From an uncultured Oscillospiraceae bacterium (GTDB taxonomy: Bacteria > Bacillota > Clostridia > Oscillospirales > Ruminococcaceae), in assembly GCA_964367945.1 (NCBI GenBank), contig CAYIZZ010000001.1, positions 4,222 to 64,783 on the forward strand: 60,562 nt of DNA. Reading direction: 5' to 3'. Shown here one piece after another: positions 1-9,320 of this stretch. The notes below the pieces were generated by a model. That model made no database searches and was not told the origin of the DNA. It saw only the letters and a list, made by a program, of their open reading frames with translations. Numbering within the stretch: the stretch's first letter is position 1; every line of letters begins with the position of its first letter. The translations under genes and the position numbers were made by a program.

Positions 1-69
1 GCAGTGCAAGAAACAGCAGTGCAAGAAACAGCAGTGCAAGAAACAGCAGTGCAAGAAACAGCAGTGCAA
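1..69 (+). repeat. 15-bp tandem repeat, in frame: gcagtgcaagaaaca x4 perfect, plus a diverged fifth unit. It encodes (AVQET)n.
   Basis: Direct reading of bases 1-60 shows four identical 15-mers. The fifth unit diverges after gcagtgcaag. The array touches the window edge, so the true copy number is unknown. Confidence 0.9.
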
Positions 70-1164
70 GGTGATACTCCTAATAAGGATGAAAAATCAC
101 AGCAAAGTGTTAAGCTAGAGCTTAGCGAAGAACTGAAGCAAACTGCAAGTAAAGATAAAACGCCAAAACGTACACGGGTGGGTGTGCGAATTTTGGCGTG
201 TTTTTTTACGTTTATTTTTGTTTTACTTATTGGAGTGTTTGGAGCTACCACGGTTATTGCCTATGGCCCCAGCCCCACGGCGCGTGATCTTTTGGTCACT
301 TCAGTTTTGGAGACCAGTGCACTTAAGTTTGTAGCACATATGTATTTTGACCAAGAGGAAATAGACACTATACTGGAAAATAACAGCGTAAAAGAGACAG
401 ATGCTGTTACCGACACAGATTTGATACAGTTTGAACAACAAGAGTCGGATGAGAATATTCAGCCGCTGGTGATTGAAACAGTAAACGGAAACACTTTTAC
501 AGGAAAAATGCTTATAGTGCAGGATCCATCCAGGGTATTTGTGGGCACATCTGCCGACGAATTTACAGGTCAAGATGGACAAACTGTTCAGGAGATTATA
601 AACCGACACGGTGGTGTGGGTGGCATGAATGCAGGTGGGTTTGCAGATATAGGCGGTGTCGGCAATGGTGGCACACCGCTGGGTATAGTTATCAGCCAAG
701 GTACACTTTTATGGGGCGATAGAGGCACTACATACGATGTCATCGGCATGGATAATGAAAACAAATTTGTGGTGGGTAGAATGACGGCTCAGGAAGCTTT
801 GGATAGAGGTATCAGGGATGCTGTCAGCTTTGGGCCGGTACTTATTGTAAACGGCGAGATGATGGAAATCACAGGACAAGGCGGTGGACTGAACCCACGC
901 ACGGCTATAGGCCAAAGGGCAGACGGGGCCATGCTTCTTTTGGTGTGTGATGGCCGACAAGCTAACAGTATCGGGGCCAGTATGAGTGATGTGGCCGAGG
1001 TTATGGCACAGTATGGTGCAGTTAATGCGGCAAACTTGGATGGAGGATCATCCACCATTATGTATTATGAGGATGAGCTTATAAACGTGTCGTCATCATT
1101 GTATGGGCCAAGAGATATACCCACTGCCATTGTTGTGGCGCCTGAAAACGCAGGAGGTGCCTAA
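1..1164 (+). CDS. Phosphodiester glycosidase (NAGPA/DUF2233-like) family protein, membrane-anchored. The 5' end runs off the window.
   Basis: Frame 1 is open from base 1. It reads AVQET repeats, a charged linker, one TM helix (ILACFFTFIFVLLIGVFGATTVIAY), then a C-terminal domain with RTAIGQRADG..LLLVCDGRQ..ANLDGGSSTIM, typical of this family. Confidence 0.8.
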   Translation, partial: AVQETAVQETAVQETAVQETAVQGDTPNKDEKSQQSVKLELSEELKQTASKDKTPKRTRVGVRILACFFTFIFVLLIGVFGATTVIAYGPSPTARDLLVTSVLETSALKFVAHMYFDQEEIDTILENNSVKETDAVTDTDLIQFEQQESDENIQPLVIETVNGNTFTGKMLIVQDPSRVFVGTSADEFTGQDGQTVQEIINRHGGVGGMNAGGFADIGGVGNGGTPLGIVISQGTLLWGDRGTTYDVIGMDNENKFVVGRMTAQEALDRGIRDAVSFGPVLIVNGEMMEITGQGGGLNPRTAIGQRADGAMLLLVCDGRQANSIGASMSDVAEVMAQYGAVNAANLDGGSSTIMYYEDELINVSSSLYGPRDIPTAIVVAPENAGGA

Positions 1165-1165
1165 A

Positions 1166-2281
1166 ATGCAAAAGATTAAAAGCTTACCCAAATTTTGGCG
1201 GATATATATTATTGTTGTGCTGGTGTTTTTGGTAGCCATCGCAGGAGGCCTTATCTATCTGTGGAACGCAATGGCAGAATATGAAAAAAGTACGCCTGAA
1301 TATGCTCTTGCGGCAGTGGATGCTGTTTTTGCGGCAGATCAATATGATCAACTTGCCGAAAATGCCAAAATAGAAAATAGCCTGTATGAATCAAACGATG
1401 TTCGTAGTGCTTTGCTGCAAGAAAGGTTGGATGCGGGACAGTTGCAAACAGCCAGAATGGCAGGCGAGGGAACAGCTACTCAGCATGTTTATCAAGTAAA
1501 AAATGAAGAAAATATCATTGGTAGTTTTAATCTTGTGTATAAAGATGAAGGAATGTTTGGATATTGGCAGATAGAAAACCCTCAAATTATTCCGGTGCTT
1601 TGGGGTGAGGTGACAGTACGCCTGCCGTCCACTTATCAGCTGATTATAAACGGTGTGCCGGCTGGTGAAGAACTTGTTTTGCAAACTGATGTAGCGTATG
1701 ACGAGCTTGAAAAGTTATCTGATGATGTAGCAAAACCCACTCAAACAGAATATAGTATCGCAAATTTATACGCACAACCTAGCATTTCGGTAATAGACGA
1801 GCTTGGCGGTGAAATGGATATATCTATTTTGGAAGAGGCACCGTGGACAGTGGCGTTTTCGCAAGAAGCTGAACAACAAACGCAGTATTATGCTGAGCCA
1901 CAGTTGCCACAGCCGACAGAGGACTTGGCCGGGCTACAAGCGATGGCTATTGCAGACGCTGAAAACTATTCGCGTTTTCTTTCAGATGACAACTCTTTCA
2001 CACAGCTTGCGGCCAGGCTTTTGCCGGGCAGTGGCATTTACAAAGAAATGAGTATGATGGAAACGATGTTCTACACTCCGCACACCAGCGTGAGCTTCAC
2101 TGATGAAAAAACAAACAATATCGTGCGGTATAGCGATGATATATTTGGAATCGATGTAGATTATTTATACACAGTGTTTCGTGGTCAACACCGCCCATAT
2201 CTTTTTGACACAAAGGTGACATTTATATATGTGCGCTGGGATGGTGGCTGGCGAATTGGTGATATTCAAATAAGAACTTAA
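1166..2281 (+). CDS. Hypothetical protein with an N-terminal membrane anchor
   Basis: The ATG at 1166 lies 7 nt after AGGAGG (1152-1157) and follows the upstream stop. It has an N-terminal TM segment (WRIYIIVVLVFLVAIAGGLIYLW). I recognise no family motif. Confidence 0.65.
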   Translation: MQKIKSLPKFWRIYIIVVLVFLVAIAGGLIYLWNAMAEYEKSTPEYALAAVDAVFAADQYDQLAENAKIENSLYESNDVRSALLQERLDAGQLQTARMAGEGTATQHVYQVKNEENIIGSFNLVYKDEGMFGYWQIENPQIIPVLWGEVTVRLPSTYQLIINGVPAGEELVLQTDVAYDELEKLSDDVAKPTQTEYSIANLYAQPSISVIDELGGEMDISILEEAPWTVAFSQEAEQQTQYYAEPQLPQPTEDLAGLQAMAIADAENYSRFLSDDNSFTQLAARLLPGSGIYKEMSMMETMFYTPHTSVSFTDEKTNNIVRYSDDIFGIDVDYLYTVFRGQHRPYLFDTKVTFIYVRWDGGWRIGDIQIRT

Positions 2282-2301
2282 TGTAAAGTCAAGGAGTCTT
2301 T

Positions 2302-3678
2302 ATGCGTAAAAGTATTACGTTGGCTGTGATATTTTCGATTATATGTGTTGTGGTTTTGCTTTCACAAAACATTGTTTTTGCTAGTGATGTAACGGTGCAG
2401 TCAGAACAATCAGAGTATGTTTCTTTAGAAATAACAAACGATGCGGGCGCACAGATGTCATCTTTACAAGATGGAAACACATCATCGGGTGTTACGTTTT
2501 CACAAGGTGAGACAATTACTATATTGCCACAAACCTCGGCAGAAGCTATTTATATCACTTGGGATAGATACCCACAAAGTGGATATAGCATAAGCCAGAG
2601 TGGTGCGCAAATAGAGCAAAATAGCGGATTTTTCCAAGATTACACATTGATATCTGCCGAAGGTGGCACACCTGTTACCATTCAGATGAATAGTGAAGGA
2701 AAAGCTACGGAAATACGCATGATTAGCAGTGCAAATGAAGTGCCGGCAGATGTGCATGTATGGCAAAATCCAGCCGAGCGTGCCGACATATTGATATTAA
2801 CCACTCATGCTGACGACGAGCATTTGTTTTTTGGCGGTGTAATGCCCACTTATGTCGACAGGGGAGGCATTACCATCCAAGTGGCATATATGGTCAACCA
2901 CTCTACCGAACCATATCGTCAGCAAGAGCTTTTAAACGGGCTTTGGGAGGCCGGGGTACGTCATTATCCTATCATTCCGCAGTTTCCAGATATATTCAGT
3001 GATTCGCTGGAACATGCAAAAACTATATACAGTGAATCGGAAGTCACTGATTATGTGGTAGGTCTTTTGGAACAGTTTGAGCCAAAAGTGGTGGTGGGGC
3101 ACGACTTGAACGGTGAGTATGGACATGGCGCACATATGCTGTATGCCGAATGTTTACTAAAAGCAGTGGAAACAGCACAATTTCAGCCACAAAAAGTGTA
3201 TTTGCATTTGTATGCAGAAAACGAGATTGTGATGGATGTGGATACACCACTGGAACATTTTAATGCTCGCACAGCATTTGAGGTGGCAGAAGATGCATTT
3301 GCGCATCATCGTTCACAGCAAACATACTTTTCAGTAGAAAAAGACGGACCGTATGATTTGCGAAAGTTTGGCCTGGCGTTTAGTCTTACCCAGCCAGATA
3401 CCGGAAATGATATGATGGAAAATATCACAACATATGCGCAAGAAGAGCAAATTGCAGCTGAAGAAGAGGCCCAGCGATTAGCAGAAGAGCAGGAAGCCCA
3501 ACGTTTGGCAGAAGAGGCAAAAAAGGCCGAGGAAGAGGCAAAAGCCGCACAGGAGATGGAAGCACAGCAGAATGCAGAAAATACGCAAAATCTATATGTG
3601 CTTGTACTGTGTGTAGTTATTTTGGTTGCTTTAGTGACAATTATTTGTTTAGCCATTCGAATAAAGAGAAAAAAATAA
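2302..3678 (+). CDS. PIG-L/LmbE-family de-N-acetylase with an N-terminal signal/anchor, a C-terminal acidic coiled-coil repeat and a terminal TM helix
   Basis: It has the motif LILTTHADDEHLFFGG (HxDDE) and a later GHDLNGEYGHGAHM. The C-terminus reads EEEAQRLAEEQEAQRLAEEAKKAEEEAKAAQE, followed by LYVLVLCVVILVALVTIICLAI. An SD (AAGGAG) sits upstream. Confidence 0.8.
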   Translation: MRKSITLAVIFSIICVVVLLSQNIVFASDVTVQSEQSEYVSLEITNDAGAQMSSLQDGNTSSGVTFSQGETITILPQTSAEAIYITWDRYPQSGYSISQSGAQIEQNSGFFQDYTLISAEGGTPVTIQMNSEGKATEIRMISSANEVPADVHVWQNPAERADILILTTHADDEHLFFGGVMPTYVDRGGITIQVAYMVNHSTEPYRQQELLNGLWEAGVRHYPIIPQFPDIFSDSLEHAKTIYSESEVTDYVVGLLEQFEPKVVVGHDLNGEYGHGAHMLYAECLLKAVETAQFQPQKVYLHLYAENEIVMDVDTPLEHFNARTAFEVAEDAFAHHRSQQTYFSVEKDGPYDLRKFGLAFSLTQPDTGNDMMENITTYAQEEQIAAEEEAQRLAEEQEAQRLAEEAKKAEEEAKAAQEMEAQQNAENTQNLYVLVLCVVILVALVTIICLAIRIKRKK

Positions 3679-3753
3679 CAGTATAACATTGAATAAATAA
3701 AACGGAGTATCTTCACGTAAAGTGAATTTACTCCGTTTTCATTATACTATGAT

Positions 3754-5883
3754 TTATATGTTGTTGATTTTAGTCATATATTGCAAAAACACATCGGGAA
3801 GAAGGGGTCTTGAATAAAAATATCCCTGGAAAAATGTGATAGAATCACTCATTTCACGCAGTATCTCCACTTGCTGTAGTGTTTCTACACCCTCTACCAC
3901 AATGCATGTGGGTCTGTATGCATTACACATTTCAGTGATACATCGCAATGCTGTGGCTGTTTGTGGCATTGACACGATATTGTCAATAAGGCTTTTATCC
4001 ACTTTGATTTCATCGAACGCGATTTTTGAAAGTATAGATAAATTTGCGTATTCACGTCCGAAATCGTCCAATGATATTTTGAATCCATACGACTTTATGG
4101 CTTCTAAAATATCATTTAGATTATCCACAAGAATGTTGCTTATATGCTCGGTAAGTTCTATGGTAATCCATTTAGATTCAATATCATGCTTTTTACACAC
4201 ATCATAAATACGCTGCGCTATATGATATTCAAGGATGGTGACACGAGAAAAATTCACAGAAATAGGTATAAGTGGAATACCATCATCTTTCCATTTTTTT
4301 AGCTGAGCGCACACGCTGTCAAGAACATGGAAGTCTAAAAGATGTATGATACCGTCCGACTCATAAACAGGCAAAAATTTATCAGGAGGAATGAATCCAC
4401 CGTTTGGATCTTCTTTACGAACCAGTGCCTCTGCGCCCATCACTTTTTCGCCTGTAACAGATACCTTAGGCTGCAACATCACAAAAAAATCACCGGCGCT
4501 AATGGAAGCGTTTAGGTCTGCGGCAACAGTGGCGTGATATGTTTTTATATGGCTGTGGGAAGCGGTGTAGTACGTTTGTTTATCCACATACATCAGCTCG
4601 TCAGCATAGGCTATTTGCTGGTATATTTCGCTTGTGTCGGTACAAAATGCACTACCGATGGATAGTGTCAAATCGGTACGATTTTCAGACATCTGACGAA
4701 GCATGGAAAGCTTTTCTTCAAACTCACCTCGGTCAATATTTATCGCTAATATCACAAATTCATCCCCACCTGTACGAAACAGATTCTGAGAAAAAAATGT
4801 GCGCATCATTTCCACCGTTTTAAGGATAAGATTGTCACCGTATTCATGGCCATAAGTGTCGTTTACTTGCTTTAAGCCGTTGATATCAAGATATACAATC
4901 CCAACCGAATCCACTTTGTCAGTTATTAATTGATTGATAACTTGCGCATATTTACTGCGGTTATAAAGGCCGGTAAGTGTGTCTACAGACGCTATATATT
5001 CCAGCTCTTTACGAATGGTGTAGTCTTTTAAATCACTGGCGATAAACAACGATACAGAATGTAAAAATAAAGTTTCATCAATGTTTTTATTGATGTTTAC
5101 AACACCTAAAAAACCTAATACTCTGTCGGTCATCATTAAAGGTGATACCATCATGGAATGAATACCAGACAAATCCAAAGTGCGGTATATTTCTTGGTTG
5201 ATTTCAGGATGAATAGTAAAATTATCAATTAAGGTAACTTTATTGCGGGGTTCTTTTTTTTGCCAAAAAGAAAAAAGATTGCCCGGAATTTTGTTGTATT
5301 CTGCCGGCATAGGAATCTGGCCAACTTTTGCCCAGTCGTAAATTTTAGACAGAAAATCTTTGTTTTCTAAAGTCTCGTATATGAAAACTCTATCGGCGTC
5401 ATAAAAATCACCTATAGTATCTAAAAGGGTATTTATGGCGACGTTAGTGTCTTCGTTTGAAGATAAAATATTTACGCATCGCAATAAAGTTTCCTCAAGC
5501 AATAGGCGATGCTGCAAGTTTGATATTTGTTTTTTTGAGTCGGTGATATCAACACCAATTTGTAGTTTCAGTTGGCGACCATCTATATCAATCATGCGGT
5601 CTGTCATTTCAAAATGACGATCGACAACATTGTTATATATATCCCATGTGAAAAAATTATCTTTTTCCATATATTTATTTGGACAAAACTCACATACAAC
5701 ATCTTTATGGTGGATTAACTCATAGCATTTCTTACCCATATAATCTGTGGAGCTGATATTCCATAGCTTTTTAGCAATATCATTTACATATACTAGCTCA
5801 AAAGTGACAGGATCTACTATATATGCGATATTACGCATATTGGACATAGCTATATGGGCTAGTTCTTTTTCGAGATTATGCAT
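3754..5883 (-). CDS. Sensor diguanylate cyclase/phosphodiesterase (PAS-GAF-GGDEF-EAL)
   Basis: It carries the GGDEF motif (RTGGDEFVIL) and EAL-domain motifs (GAEALVR, SLDDFGREYANL, EIKVDKSLI). The N-terminal region has PAS-like and GAF-like character. Confidence 0.9.
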   Translation of the reverse strand: MHNLEKELAHIAMSNMRNIAYIVDPVTFELVYVNDIAKKLWNISSTDYMGKKCYELIHHKDVVCEFCPNKYMEKDNFFTWDIYNNVVDRHFEMTDRMIDIDGRQLKLQIGVDITDSKKQISNLQHRLLLEETLLRCVNILSSNEDTNVAINTLLDTIGDFYDADRVFIYETLENKDFLSKIYDWAKVGQIPMPAEYNKIPGNLFSFWQKKEPRNKVTLIDNFTIHPEINQEIYRTLDLSGIHSMMVSPLMMTDRVLGFLGVVNINKNIDETLFLHSVSLFIASDLKDYTIRKELEYIASVDTLTGLYNRSKYAQVINQLITDKVDSVGIVYLDINGLKQVNDTYGHEYGDNLILKTVEMMRTFFSQNLFRTGGDEFVILAINIDRGEFEEKLSMLRQMSENRTDLTLSIGSAFCTDTSEIYQQIAYADELMYVDKQTYYTASHSHIKTYHATVAADLNASISAGDFFVMLQPKVSVTGEKVMGAEALVRKEDPNGGFIPPDKFLPVYESDGIIHLLDFHVLDSVCAQLKKWKDDGIPLIPISVNFSRVTILEYHIAQRIYDVCKKHDIESKWITIELTEHISNILVDNLNDILEAIKSYGFKISLDDFGREYANLSILSKIAFDEIKVDKSLIDNIVSMPQTATALRCITEMCNAYRPTCIVVEGVETLQQVEILREMSDSITFFQGYFYSRPLLPDVFLQYMTKINNI

Positions 5884-6021
5884 ATGATCACCTAACGTTT
5901 AATAGTATTGTTTGAAATGTCGAAAAACGAAGAATATACCATGAAAATTTAGACATGATATATTATATTTTATATTATATTAAAAATCAAGACATATATG
6001 AAATTTTTTAATTCTAGCAAT

Positions 6022-6049
6022 AAAAAAACCTGCCGCTAACGGCAGGTTT
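6022..6049 (-). terminator. Rho-independent terminator downstream of the Dabb gene
   Basis: A 10-bp stem pairs aaacctgccg with cggcaggttt around a 4-nt loop. On the minus strand it is followed by a T7 run. Confidence 0.8.
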
Positions 6050-6077
6050 AAAATTTGATTTAGCACTTCAATGAAAA

Positions 6078-6377
6078 TCAGACATGATAATCAAAACAAA
6101 CACGATTTGTGAATACTTGGCCTACTAAATTTCCAACACGCTTATGCTCGGGATGATCACTGTATATTGCGAGGTCTTCTTCGTTTGCAAAGCTACTTTC
6201 TAATACAACAGCCCTTGTGCTGGTGGGGCAGGGATCGCATACAAGCAAGATATCAACAATTTGTGGTATGAAATTTTTCAAATTTTCAAGTTCTACTTTG
6301 ATTTTTTGAGCACCTGCTTTTTTCTCTTCTTCAGAAAGTCCTTCTTTGAAATCCCATCCTACAATGTGTTTTAGCAT
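6078..6377 (-). CDS. Dabb (stress-responsive alpha/beta barrel) family protein
   Basis: It is 99 aa, starts MLKHIVGWDFKEGLSEEEK, and has a C-terminal HPEHKRV. Size and pattern fit Dabb domain proteins. Confidence 0.75.
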   Translation of the reverse strand: MLKHIVGWDFKEGLSEEEKKAGAQKIKVELENLKNFIPQIVDILLVCDPCPTSTRAVVLESSFANEEDLAIYSDHPEHKRVGNLVGQVFTNRVCFDYHV

Positions 6378-6444
6378 ATGCCGTTCACTCCTTTATTTTT
6401 ATAAATATAAGAACATCAAAATTATGTTTTGTAAAACCTGTATT

Positions 6445-7647
6445 TTAGTTGCGTAGGCATCTGGCGGTAAGTGGTGAAGTGGATAGCAAGTCATATCCTG
6501 TTTTTGTCACCACAATATTTTGTTCGTTGCAGAAAGATCCAAGACCTTGTATTTTGAAGCCCGGTTCTACCGACAAGGTCATTCCGGCTTTCAAGATGTA
6601 ATCGCTTCCGATAGCTAGCTGAGGTTCTTCATGTACATCAAGGCCGATACCATGGCCGGTCCACCCGGCGCTATCATTAACATCAGCGAGGCCATGCTGT
6701 TCCATTACCAAATCACACGCTTTGCTAATTTCGCTTACAGATACGCCTTCACGTATTGACGAAAGTCCTGCTTCCATTGATTCAATGTTTATTTTTTCAT
6801 ATTCTTTTTGTTCTGGAGTCATTTCTATGACCACTGCTTGTCTGATGATATCAGCATAATATCCCTTGTAGCAGGGACCTCCATCTAGGTGTAAAATAGC
6901 ATGAGGCGTGTTTGAGATGATAGTATCGCTTGAGGGACAGTTCACCTGCATCATGCGTTCGAGGCCAAAACGTACTACCATGGACAAGATGTCTTCACAC
7001 TCGTTTTCCATTGCAAAAGCACCCATGACACACATCAGATCGCGCTCAGTGGTTTGTCCTAATACAACGCTGTCGAATGCAGCGTCAAACATACCTTCGG
7101 CAGCCACAACGGCTTTTCTGATATATTCGATTTCTGCATCACTTTTTATTGTGCGCATACTCCAGATTAGTTTTGAAGCATCAGACAAAGTTGCGCCGGC
7201 ATCACACAATCGTTGTTTTAGTGGCAGATAGTGCCCTGTTTGCAGATTGATACGAAAACCGGTGCCAAACTCCATGCCGATACACTTGTTTTGCACACCA
7301 AGCTTTGAAAAAGCATTAAATATAGCTTCTTCATATGTTTTAGGCGTACCTGGCATACCATAGGTGAACATATCGCTTTCTTCCACCCAGGTGGTGGCTC
7401 GCAAAGGACCAAGTGAACTTTTAGAACTTACAGTGGCTATTTTGCCATCGCAAGTGATTATCAAGACACCGGGTGTGGAGTATCCGCTGCTCCATACAAC
7501 CGATTGTAGTCCGGTAAAATAACGAAGGTTTTCTGCCGCTGTTAAGAATAAAGCATCAAAACCATTTTTTTCCATTAGTGTTAACAGTTTGTCAAGGCGT
7601 GCTTTATATTCATTGAGTGGAAAGTCAAGTGAAGCTGTTAATCGCAT
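6445..7647 (-). CDS. M24-family metallohydrolase (creatinase/prolidase fold), copy 1
   Basis: The pita-bread metal ligand pattern is present: HLDGGPCYKGYYADIIR, GHGIGLDVHEEP, SVEPG, NEQNIVVTKTGY. The N-terminal domain is creatinase/prolidase-like. Confidence 0.85.
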   Translation of the reverse strand: MRLTASLDFPLNEYKARLDKLLTLMEKNGFDALFLTAAENLRYFTGLQSVVWSSGYSTPGVLIITCDGKIATVSSKSSLGPLRATTWVEESDMFTYGMPGTPKTYEEAIFNAFSKLGVQNKCIGMEFGTGFRINLQTGHYLPLKQRLCDAGATLSDASKLIWSMRTIKSDAEIEYIRKAVVAAEGMFDAAFDSVVLGQTTERDLMCVMGAFAMENECEDILSMVVRFGLERMMQVNCPSSDTIISNTPHAILHLDGGPCYKGYYADIIRQAVVIEMTPEQKEYEKINIESMEAGLSSIREGVSVSEISKACDLVMEQHGLADVNDSAGWTGHGIGLDVHEEPQLAIGSDYILKAGMTLSVEPGFKIQGLGSFCNEQNIVVTKTGYDLLSTSPLTARCLRN

Positions 7648-7671
7648 GTTTTGAAGTATCCTTTCGGTGAA

Positions 7672-8874
7672 TTATAAAATAGTTATATCCGGCAAAAAGT
7701 CTGAAATCAGCTCATAGCCTGTTTTAGTCACCACGATATTTTCCTCGTGTGTAAAATGACCCAGAATATCATCGCCAATGGTAGGTTCTATGGCTAAAGT
7801 ATTTCCTTCTTGCAATATAATGTCGCAATCGGATGAAATGGTGGGTGGCTCGTGAATTTCAAGACCGATACCATGGCCGCTCCATCCTTTGGTGAGGTTA
7901 TTGTCGGCATAGCCACTTTTTTCCACAAAACGGTCTTGCATTTCCATTAGTTGAGAAACACTTACGCCGGGTTTGATGTTTTCAAGAGTATAATAAAGGG
8001 TTTCCTTGGCCATTTTATAAAAGTCTTCCTGACGAGGAGACAGCCCACCAACCACTGCCATTCGGATGGTATCAGAATAATACCCCTTAAAAATTGGGCC
8101 ACCATCAAACAATAGAATTTCACCTTTTGTATCGGTTATAATCTTATCAGAAGGCGGACAGTTTCCGGCATTATATCTGCCTTGTCCAAAGCAAACGATC
8201 ATGGGTTCCTGACGTTCTGCGCCTTGCCTGTATGCTTCGGCACAATAAACGGCATTAAGAGATTTTTCGGTGGTTTCGCCGAGTTTTATGCACGAGAGAG
8301 CTTTTTGATATGCTAATTTACTTATCATTGCACACTTTTTAAGCGCAGCTATTTCATTTTTGGATTTTACCGAGCGAATAGACCAAATGTTAGAGGTGAA
8401 ATCCACCATTGTAGTATCTTGTATGCCATTCATAACGGCTTGATATGTGTCTTGGTTAATATGAAGGCGCATGGTGGTACCAAGCTCCATGCCAAGGCGG
8501 CCACTTTTTGCGCCGAATTCTGTCAATGTTTGTATCAGTGCGTCTGTATGTGATGCAGGCCTTGCATTATCGGGAGTGCTTTTTCCGTAATACAACAGCT
8601 CATTTTCTGAAAGGCAAGAGGTGTATTTCATGGTTTCGTATGCGCTTCGTGAGCCAATAAGCCTTTTTTGGCCGTCGCTTTTCACTATCAGAGTTCCTGG
8701 TGTGGCTATTTTGCTTACCCATACTACCGATTGAAACCCACAAAAGTATCTTATGTTATATGGTGTGGTAAACATCACGACATCTACGCCGCATTTTTGC
8801 ATTTCTTTTTGTAAATGTTCGTGTCTACGTATATATTCTTCTGTTGGAAATTCCAACATGGGTGTTTGTCTCAT
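7672..8874 (-). CDS. M24-family metallohydrolase (creatinase/prolidase fold), copy 2, a tandem paralog
   Basis: It reads LFDGGPIFKGYYSDTIR, GHGIGLEIHEPP, AIEPT, HEENIVVTKTGY. I prefer the ATG at 8874 (AAAGGGG upstream) over the TTG at 8895 used by the ORF track. Confidence 0.8.
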   Translation of the reverse strand: MRQTPMLEFPTEEYIRRHEHLQKEMQKCGVDVVMFTTPYNIRYFCGFQSVVWVSKIATPGTLIVKSDGQKRLIGSRSAYETMKYTSCLSENELLYYGKSTPDNARPASHTDALIQTLTEFGAKSGRLGMELGTTMRLHINQDTYQAVMNGIQDTTMVDFTSNIWSIRSVKSKNEIAALKKCAMISKLAYQKALSCIKLGETTEKSLNAVYCAEAYRQGAERQEPMIVCFGQGRYNAGNCPPSDKIITDTKGEILLFDGGPIFKGYYSDTIRMAVVGGLSPRQEDFYKMAKETLYYTLENIKPGVSVSQLMEMQDRFVEKSGYADNNLTKGWSGHGIGLEIHEPPTISSDCDIILQEGNTLAIEPTIGDDILGHFTHEENIVVTKTGYELISDFLPDITIL

Positions 8875-8924
8875 GGTGAAAAATGCCCCTTTCAAAATAT
8901 AGCTATTTATATTGTATAGTCTTG

Positions 8925-8953
8925 AGTGTACTATGCAGTGATATTGTTGTCAA
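8925..8953 (-). promoter_or_regulatory. Candidate sigma-A promoter for the M24 operon
   Basis: The minus strand reads TTGACA, a 17-nt spacer, then TACACT. Confidence 0.4.
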
Positions 8954-9005
8954 TGAAAATTCATAATGAGTGTAGTACAAATATGCTAGCTAAAGAAACA
9001 AAGTA

Positions 9006-9034
9006 TTGACACAAAAGACAAAAATTGTGATAAT
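9006..9034 (+). promoter_or_regulatory. Candidate sigma-A promoter for the small Cys-rich ORF
   Basis: TTGACA (9006-9011), an exact 17-nt spacer, then GATAAT (9029-9034). Confidence 0.5.
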
Positions 9035-9091
9035 TATTGACAAATTTAAACAATAATGATATTGTTGATGCATACTAAGGAGGTATGAATT

Positions 9092-9241
9092 ATGATTAAT
9101 GAAAATTGCGTATGTGAAAATGTTACATGTCCAAGGCACGGCAATTGTGTTGAATGCCGTGCATTTCATGGATCTAGCAAAGAGTACCCAAAAACATCAT
9201 GTCAGAGGTTGAAAGAAGAACAGCAAGCCGAAAAAAGCTAA
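9092..9241 (+). CDS. Small cysteine-rich protein (49 aa) that is not in the supplied ORF track
   Basis: AAGGAGG (9078-9084) lies 7 nt before the ATG. The translation is MINENCVCENVTCPRHGNCVECRAFHGSSKEYPKTSCQRLKEEQQAEKS, with 6 Cys and 2 His. It is bracketed by a promoter-like site and a terminator. Confidence 0.7.
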   Translation: MINENCVCENVTCPRHGNCVECRAFHGSSKEYPKTSCQRLKEEQQAEKS

Positions 9242-9274
9242 GTTGTAAAGATGGTAGATAGTGTTTTACTTTAA

Positions 9275-9306
9275 TAAAAAAACAACCCAACAAGGGTTGT
9301 TTTTTG
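9275..9306. terminator. Bidirectional rho-independent terminator between convergent genes
   Basis: The stem pairs aacaaccc with gggttgtt. It is flanked by an A-run upstream and a T-run downstream. Confidence 0.8.
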
Positions 9307-9320
9307 TTGCGATAAAGGTA

